Assembly (NCBI GenBank): GCA_008632985.1
Contig: QPGO01000119.1
Coordinates: 124,001-188,000, forward strand
DNA from: Psammoneis japonica
Taxonomy: Eukaryota
DNA: 64,000 bases
Reading direction: 5' to 3'
Position 1 is the stretch's first letter. Every line of letters starts with the position of its first letter. Below the pieces are notes generated by a model. That model saw only the letters and a list, made by a program, of their open reading frames with translations, was not told the origin of the DNA and searched no databases. The position numbers and the translations under genes were made by a program. Shown here in pieces: positions 57,524 through 64,000 of the stretch.

Positions 57524-59522
57524 TCAACCGAACATTGCCCTTAACAGCCTAGAGCCACTGGTGAAAAGATTGAGGAAAGACTTGCAAAGCATGGACCATA
57601 TCTTCATAAGCAAAAGCACCACTACATCGAGTAGTCCCCTGGATGTTGATGGTGCGCAAGTCATAACATGCAATGCATCAAACAGAATAGGAGGAGGTTT
57701 TGTCGCAAGATCAAATACGGGCTTTGTTTCAAGTGGCGGCCCGCGTACCACCGTCTTGGCTGGGTCCGCAATGTCGTGGAAATTTCCAATGACACCGTGA
57801 CCAGATTGCCTCGTCGTATCATTCGGGTGCGCACCCCACACTGCACCCTGAAGCGCCCCAGAATAGCCAACAGCCGACCAAGAATTTATGGCAATCGTAC
57901 CATAGTTGGTGAGCGCCACGGCGCGTTCAATAGACACAGCATCGCACTCCTTGGACGCCAACAATGAACAGCTGAGGCTGCCATATAGTTCGTTCTTGTT
58001 GTTGATAAATGGAATAGCAACATCTGGGAGAAACTCATCGTGTCTAGAAAGCTCAACAAGCGCAAGCACCGGCCCAAATGCCTCCATCTCTAGTGCCGCA
58101 CCGTTGTAACCACGTTCCCCAGGTGTACCGCATTCAACCAACACCACATTGTCTTCTGGGTTGTCCTTCTCGACAATGCTTGATGCTTCTACAACGATTG
58201 GCCTAAACTGGCCCTCTTCTTCATAAGCTTTTAGGAGACTAGCTCTCTTTTCTCTTGATCCGGGGTAGTAGCATGGGTGATTCGGCTGGCGTTTCAATTC
58301 ACCAAGCAACGCTACTTTGAATTCCGCCTTTTGGGCCCAGTCCTTGGACATAATCACGGCTTGAGCGCACAAACAGTTGCAACCTCCATTTATTTTCTTG
58401 GAAAAGGCAATCAACCTTGCCGCATGTCGTAATTCAGTCTCGGAATAGTTCCCCGGCATCACTATCCATGGAGTGACACACCCAAGCTCAGATGTCACCA
58501 TGTCCTCAATCTGAGACGCGCTAAGGTTTGGCCGGGACTTGGAAATGGTATCCCGAACTGCTTTGTCGGTAGCAAGTGATCCCGTTAGGTGCACATGACC
58601 AACAGACGGGTTCGACAAGATCTCGATCGTCTTGGGCACACCCTGGTCGATAACATGGCGCACGTAGCCTCGCTTGATTAGAGGTTCCTTGAAACAAAGA
58701 GACAAACAACATGAGAAAAACTGTTCAATAGGATATCCGAGTTCCAACGCTTCAGATGAATTGGCATACCAATATAATCTCATATGGGGCAGCGAGATGC
58801 GGACGCAGAGGATGATGCTTCAACAGAACCACCTCTCGACGAACAAAGACACAGTGGAGTGTATCCGTAAGAGCCAGGTAGGGCTGATTCCCCGCCCCCA
58901 GAACAACAGCCACAGACTCTTCCGAAGAAGATTCCCACGGCTTCCGATTACTCGTTTGGTTCTTATCTTTTGTGCCGCTGTCCTTCATTTTAGGAAGAGT
59001 CCATAGTTCAAATTCTTGTCCGGGCATGCTAGGTCCAAACGAAACGGGTCCGTAGGCAGTAAACTGTTTGTCCTCCTGTTCCATGCTCACCACTCTCGAA
59101 TGCTGCAATAGCGCCGGAGTCTTGGCGTTTTTGTTATCTAACCGATACTCGAGTCCTTCCTTGATTGTCTCTAGAAACGTCATGACAACTGCACCAAAGA
59201 TAAACCGGTCTTCAGAAACTCGAGCCTGCGCTGTATTCTCGTCCACTCCCCAAACGCGTCCTTCTTCGACTAACCACGAACCCGCTTCTGACCAAACATC
59301 GGAATGTTGCTTGAAAGCATCAATGACTTCTTGGCATAACTTCAAGAGCTCTCGAGTAGACAGAGAAGAACATTCTGTAGACTTGGAAGCGAGGTCGCGA
59401 ATGATGCTTCCGTAGTCGTTGTCGTCTCTGTGGTCCTCGGGTGCGACCTGTTTTACTCCGTACACTTGTGAGGTCCTCCGCCATGCCTGCAAAAAAGAAG
59501 CCCTGTCATCGTAAGAAACCAT
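57524..59522 (-). CDS. NAD(P)-dependent aldehyde dehydrogenase family protein; intron 58688-58769
   Basis: VVLGAGNQ, VVLLKHHP, HVHLTGS, SELGCVTPWIV (catalytic Glu), NGGCNCLCAQ (catalytic Cys), EAFGPVLA, GSLSCSL, YGTIAIN. Confidence 0.9.
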
Positions 59523-60101
59523 TGTCAATTGGGCTCTCGTTATTATCCAAACACTCGTATTAGCGGGGTGTATCGTGACAACTCTGTTCTGACGAACCTT
59601 TTGTTCTGCTCTTCAACTCGGGAACACAAAAGATCCGTGCTGTGCACGCACGCACACACGACTGCGGCCGCGGCGGCGCAGTCTCTCGCTCGCTCTCTCT
59701 CTCTCTCTTGCAAAGAGCCCTAATGAAACAAATCATGTCACACCGTCGCATGGAGCATTGCCTTGCGATCTCTTCAAAGTCACCGCCATTGTAATTGCAA
59801 GCACAACGCACAACGCAACACTGAAGATCTCGTCGTCTGGTCATCGTTTCTTCCCGCCATTCTATGCGAGATCCAAACACGACTCAATCGCGATCAAAAT
59901 CAGCACGTGATGTATAGAGCCGGCGGAGACCGTACTGGCATTATTTTTTGTAATCCTCTCTCTAGAGAGGGCTTTCGGTTCCCTCTATGTACTCTAGGTA
60001 AATTATTCTGTTAGAATATTTGTACCACTACTCCTACTAAATCATCACTGAGCACCCTCACTTTTCAACATGAGATGTCCGCGTGGAAAACAAACACCCA
60101 A

Positions 60102-61949
60102 TCATAGGATTCCTCGCCAATGAACGAGGTCGAAGAATCTCTGCCGATTGCTGTGGACCAACAAGATCATCAACATGAGTCCCAGAACCAACAAGAACCA
60201 CTTGGTATTATCAACTTGTTCTTCTTCTTCTCTTTCGCGGCGGCTTTGCACTACATTTGGAAGCTCTGTTGGACCGGGAGGGACCAGTCCGCAACACACT
60301 ACACAAGTTCCGTAGCAAGAAGAACAAGGCTGTCCAGGGCGACATTCAGGACAAATTTGGCAGCCACATCGCCCATCATGCGGAAACGGTTCTTGAACAA
60401 GATTCTCAATAATCCCAGCATTCTTGCAGAATGTCGACCAATACCCACCGGGGCATCGGCATCTCGCCCGAAGCCCACGATCTCGCCTGTTTTCTCGTTC
60501 TGTGGCTCCACACGCAAAACACCAGTGGATGTGGCAATTGGCGCATCCACCGTCGGGTCGAATATGATGACATTCGTGCCCATGAAAGTGACTGGTCCGC
60601 GCACCACAACCGGGACACGGCTTGGTAGTAGCTTCAATGTATGCCAATGTTTGAGTATCACTACTCGACGATGATTCTTGGTGTTGATGCTGCTCGCACG
60701 TCAAGCCGTGATGATAGAGTACGCGGCAGCGAATGCAGATTTCAACATTGCAATAGGGGCAATGTTTTGGAGATGTAGTCTCTTCATCATCTCTTTCGCC
60801 AATCCAAAATCGTTTACCACACTCGGGTCTTGGACACTCTCTTACACAATCCGACGATAGAGCGGCTGCAACATTTGCATCCGCGACAAACTTTAGTAGA
60901 CGCTGCAACTGGTCCTCGGAAAGGGCATCCTCATGGAACTGTTGATTGGAAACGCGGTGCAACTGTTCAAAGTACGCTTCGTCAAGAAAGGCGGTACAAC
61001 CACCAACCGATGAGGGGTAGTTGACGCATCGAATGCCTTGCGGGTGAATCTGGCTCGCCGAGTCACCGAGTGCATTCCGTACGATACCCAAAGCACAGCT
61101 CAAGCAAAGATTATGCCCATTTCCACAGCCCATGCGCGCTTGTAAGTTTGCAATGTCGTCGGTGCATACCTGACAGGTTCGGCTTGCCATGTATTCATCC
61201 TTGCTGCGAAAGTTGAGTGCTATAAACTCTAGATAGTCCTTCTTGTCGTCAAAGCCTAGACGTCGGTATTCATATTCAATGACAAGAGCTATCCAAACTC
61301 TCTTGATTGGTGGGGCCACAACAAGAAGGAAAAGAGCAAGCGCAAACACTGCAAGAAACGGGTGTCGAGCGAGTTGCTGCGTGACAGATGGGTGTTGGGT
61401 CGACGCTGTCGTCCCATTGTCTCCCAATCTCGATTGACCCGAGTCGGTACAATTCAGCAAACGCGAGTTGGAGCAAACTTGATGCCATGCAGTGCAAACT
61501 GAGCTGGACGAACAATTGGGCGCTGCGGAGAGGTTCGCAGTCTCGTCAAAGATGCAAGATGATCCCCGAGTCAAAAAAGTCGCATTCTTGTAGGTCTCAT
61601 GATGGTCGCCCATGCATAGTTCTGCAGAAATATCGTAGCGAGTATCATACTGATTCAGGCATTGGTCAGTAAAATGAGCTCGTTGCGACTCGGCCGTGAT
61701 TATTGAGGATTCGGAAAAGCACGTTTGAGTTTGTTCTGCACAGCAATACGGAGACCATTCTTCCCATTCTCTCCACAGCCGGGAACCGGTCTTATGTGGT
61801 TCCAACGGCCTGCCACTGGTCTCAGCACACATGTCGAGAAACACGGTGGGTTCCAATGGACAAGCAGAAATCAAACACGATTGTGACAAGAAATGATCGT
61901 TGGTCCAGAACGGCGTTGTTTCAACGTTTCTGCTCAAGCCCTCCATCAT
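60102..61949 (-). CDS. RBR (RING1-IBR-RING2) E3 ubiquitin ligase flanked by two hydrophobic segments
   Basis: CQVC..CGNGHNLCLSC..C..C; CPRPEC..CPYC..CIRC..HHGLTC; TTKPCPGC..HGHECHHI..GCANCHIHWCFAC. Start uncertain (frame is open to 62186). Confidence 0.88.
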   Translation of the reverse strand: MMEGLSRNVETTPFWTNDHFLSQSCLISACPLEPTVFLDMCAETSGRPLEPHKTGSRLWREWEEWSPYCCAEQTQTCFSESSIITAESQRAHFTDQCLNQYDTRYDISAELCMGDHHETYKNATFLTRGSSCIFDETANLSAAPNCSSSSVCTAWHQVCSNSRLLNCTDSGQSRLGDNGTTASTQHPSVTQQLARHPFLAVFALALFLLVVAPPIKRVWIALVIEYEYRRLGFDDKKDYLEFIALNFRSKDEYMASRTCQVCTDDIANLQARMGCGNGHNLCLSCALGIVRNALGDSASQIHPQGIRCVNYPSSVGGCTAFLDEAYFEQLHRVSNQQFHEDALSEDQLQRLLKFVADANVAAALSSDCVRECPRPECGKRFWIGERDDEETTSPKHCPYCNVEICIRCRVLYHHGLTCEQHQHQESSSSSDTQTLAYIEATTKPCPGCGARTSHFHGHECHHIRPDGGCANCHIHWCFACGATERENRRDRGLRARCRCPGGYWSTFCKNAGIIENLVQEPFPHDGRCGCQICPECRPGQPCSSCYGTCVVCCGLVPPGPTELPNVVQSRREREEEEQVDNTKWFLLVLGLMLMILLVHSNRQRFFDLVHWRGIL

Positions 61950-62209
61950 TATGCACAATCGCCGTCGTAGTTTGCCAAGGGCACTCTCCAGAGTTGTCTC
62001 TGAGTTCCCTCTATAAGTGATGTAAGAAAACAACAGCGCTAATGGGGAGCTTCCTCGATCTACAGTGTTTCTGTTGTGCAACAAAGACAATCGCCTTTTC
62101 AGTTGAAGTTTTGCTCTCCTTTTCTCGGTTTTTCGGTGTTTCGCATGTTTTTGGTTTGGGCGGTAAAACTCTCTACTGTCTGTCACGCGTCCGTCTCACG
62201 AGTAGCAAG

Positions 62210-62960
62210 ACCGGACCGCAAGGGGCCCGCCTTCAGAAAATGTCATGAGAGATGCCACACATCGACATGGACAATCATCTCCCGGCTCCACCACCTCTGG
62301 ACAGCACTTTACCAGCATTTTCAGGTCTTGGAGCATCTTGGCATCGTCAATGCATCGCCTGCAAGCAACATCCAGAGGGTGCAGACCTGCCCCATTTCTT
62401 TTGTTGAGCGCGGCCGGTCCGGCCTTTGCAAATGCTTTGACAACTTCAGATGGCAGACACTTCCCAAGAGCACAGTGAATGGGAAAATCACGTCATTGAA
62501 GGAAACGATGGTTTTGTGTGGGAGTCACAAGGTCCTGTTGAAAACGGCGGGTCAGCATTCGAAGAACATGGGGAGATGGACATGCAAGACCCTCATGGCA
62601 TTCCAAGTGCACATGCAAAGGACTCTGACACCATGCTCCATTGGTCATGCAAGGCATCCTTTTGGCAAGAAAGAGAATGATGTCAGTGCTGCAGTCATGA
62701 ACGATTGCTGTGTGCAACGGAAGGCATTGTTCAAATCGAACTGTCAGACTGGCCACTCGACGGAAATGCTTTGTTGCTTCAGGACAAATTCGAGCCAAAG
62801 ACTGGACTCTCTCCAGAGAAGCTTCATCATCTTTGTTCAGCTCTTCATGGAGTGCATCAGACATTTGCTGCAGGTCTTCTGGACGACGGTTTTGCATCGA
62901 CACTGCCATGGTGAAGGCTGTGATGAATGCAAAAAATTTGAGCATGTTTTGAATGCGGAC
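62210..62960 (-). pseudogene. Hypermutated ankyrin-like (LPLH-repeat) pseudogene
   Basis: SLERVQSLARICPEA..CLPLHTAIVHDCSTDIILFLAKRMP..SPLHVHL and, after a frameshift, AALNKRNGAGLHPLDVAC..LKMLVKCCPE. TpA essentially absent. Confidence 0.55.
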
Positions 62961-64000
62961 AGACTGTGGAGCGACGATGAAAAAGCAGAGCAGAGACCTT
63001 TGAAAGCAACTGGTGATCAAGTCTCGTGCCGACAAGAGCAACAAGAAATGACAAGCTGGTGGAGAGCAATGCTTCACACAACAGAGTGTTTCTAGATGTT
63101 GCAAGAGAAGCAGAGCTGGTCTCTGCTGCACTTCAAACTGCGACAGCAAAAGCACCACCACAGCAAGCCCATCAGCACCAGCCAAAAGATGTTGTGTCGT
63201 CCATCAGAAGACAGAGTTTCAGCCACGAGTGATGCAGAGAAATCAGCCACACAAGATGGGAAGAGCAGATCTCCAGTCATGAGATTGCATTTGAAAAAGG
63301 CGTTGGGCATCTCCTGCCATGGAGAGAGACAGAGAAGAGAGACAGGTGGCTGCAGCTTCATTTTGTGTGCTCTCCCCCAGCTCTCTCAACTGCTGTCTGT
63401 CTCTGGCGCAAGGGAGAGAGAAGTGCTCAAATGCAGCACTTCTTTTTGACAGCAGCTCCATCAAAGAAATGAAGTGCAACAATTTGGCAATTTTGCACAA
63501 AAGAAAGTTCTCTGGGTTCCTGCAGCAAACAAAAGACCAGTGCAAATTGAGCCCCCTGAGTGCAGCCCAAATTCACACTCCTTTTTTTTTAGAGAATTCT
63601 CACAGAACATCAGCTCAACCCAGAGTGCAGTGCACACAATGCACAGTGTCATCATCAGCTGCACCAGTGACATGATGACAAAGGCACTCACTTGTGCTCA
63701 GCTGGGGCTGCAAAGAACCTTTGTGTTTTGAGCACTTTGCACCAGGAGGCTGTCAGTGTGCAACTCTCAGCAGACAAGCATGGTCCTGGAGGGGTTGGGC
63801 TGTGGTTGGTGGAAAAGTCATGGACAGCGATGCTCACCAGCTGAGACTGGAGTTGGTGGATGGACTTTTGAGTTCTTGCAGACAGCTGGTTGCACCTCAA
63901 TGTGCTTTGGGAATGATGCACACACCAAACAATGGGGCCCCTTTGTCATGTTGTGGGGTTGGTGGCAGGCTGCTGGCGCACATGTGCTGCAGCAGAGGCG
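62960..64000. other. TpA/CpG-depleted degenerate sequence continuing beyond the window
   Basis: Only two TA seen by eye (tctaga ~63093, tttaga ~63590), very few CG, saturated in TG/CA. Confidence 0.75.

Noticed and set aside
22807..62186. Treating the HET-like, LRR, propeller and RBR genes as one co-functional immune cluster
   Set aside because: They are interspersed with unrelated metabolic genes and these families are large in diatoms, so proximity alone is not evidence. No gene in the window could be identified as the mutator enzyme.

Overview
Eukaryotic nuclear DNA, most likely from a pennate diatom. This is inferred from short GT-AG introns, a DUF6824 protein, a bipartite plastid presequence, diatom-type LRR and beta-propeller type II membrane proteins, and a diatom-type tyrosine-recombinase retroelement. 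The window holds about 22 protein genes or pseudogenes. They include six single-pass beta-propeller surface proteins (three with a RanBP2/NZF-type zinc finger), two LRR proteins, a HET/TIR-like protein with a truncated tandem paralog, phytochelatin synthase, an aldehyde dehydrogenase, a Pta-N/DRTGG protein, an ATP-grasp protein, a ricin-B lectin and an RBR E3 ligase. Main observation: three blocks (~920-1960, ~12700-22150, ~62210-64000) have lost almost all TpA and much of their CpG and are saturated in TpG/CpA. Copies inside the window, compared by eye, show TA->CA/TG as well as CG->CA/TG transitions. This points to a repeat- or heterochromatin-targeted hypermutation process whose TpA arm runs opposite to fungal RIP and is not explained by 5mC deamination. 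Second observation: intergenic tracts of TAG/CTA/AGAG micro-palindromes differ between paralogous sites and look like piled-up DNA-transposon excision footprints. All alignments and counts were made by eye; no database searches were run.
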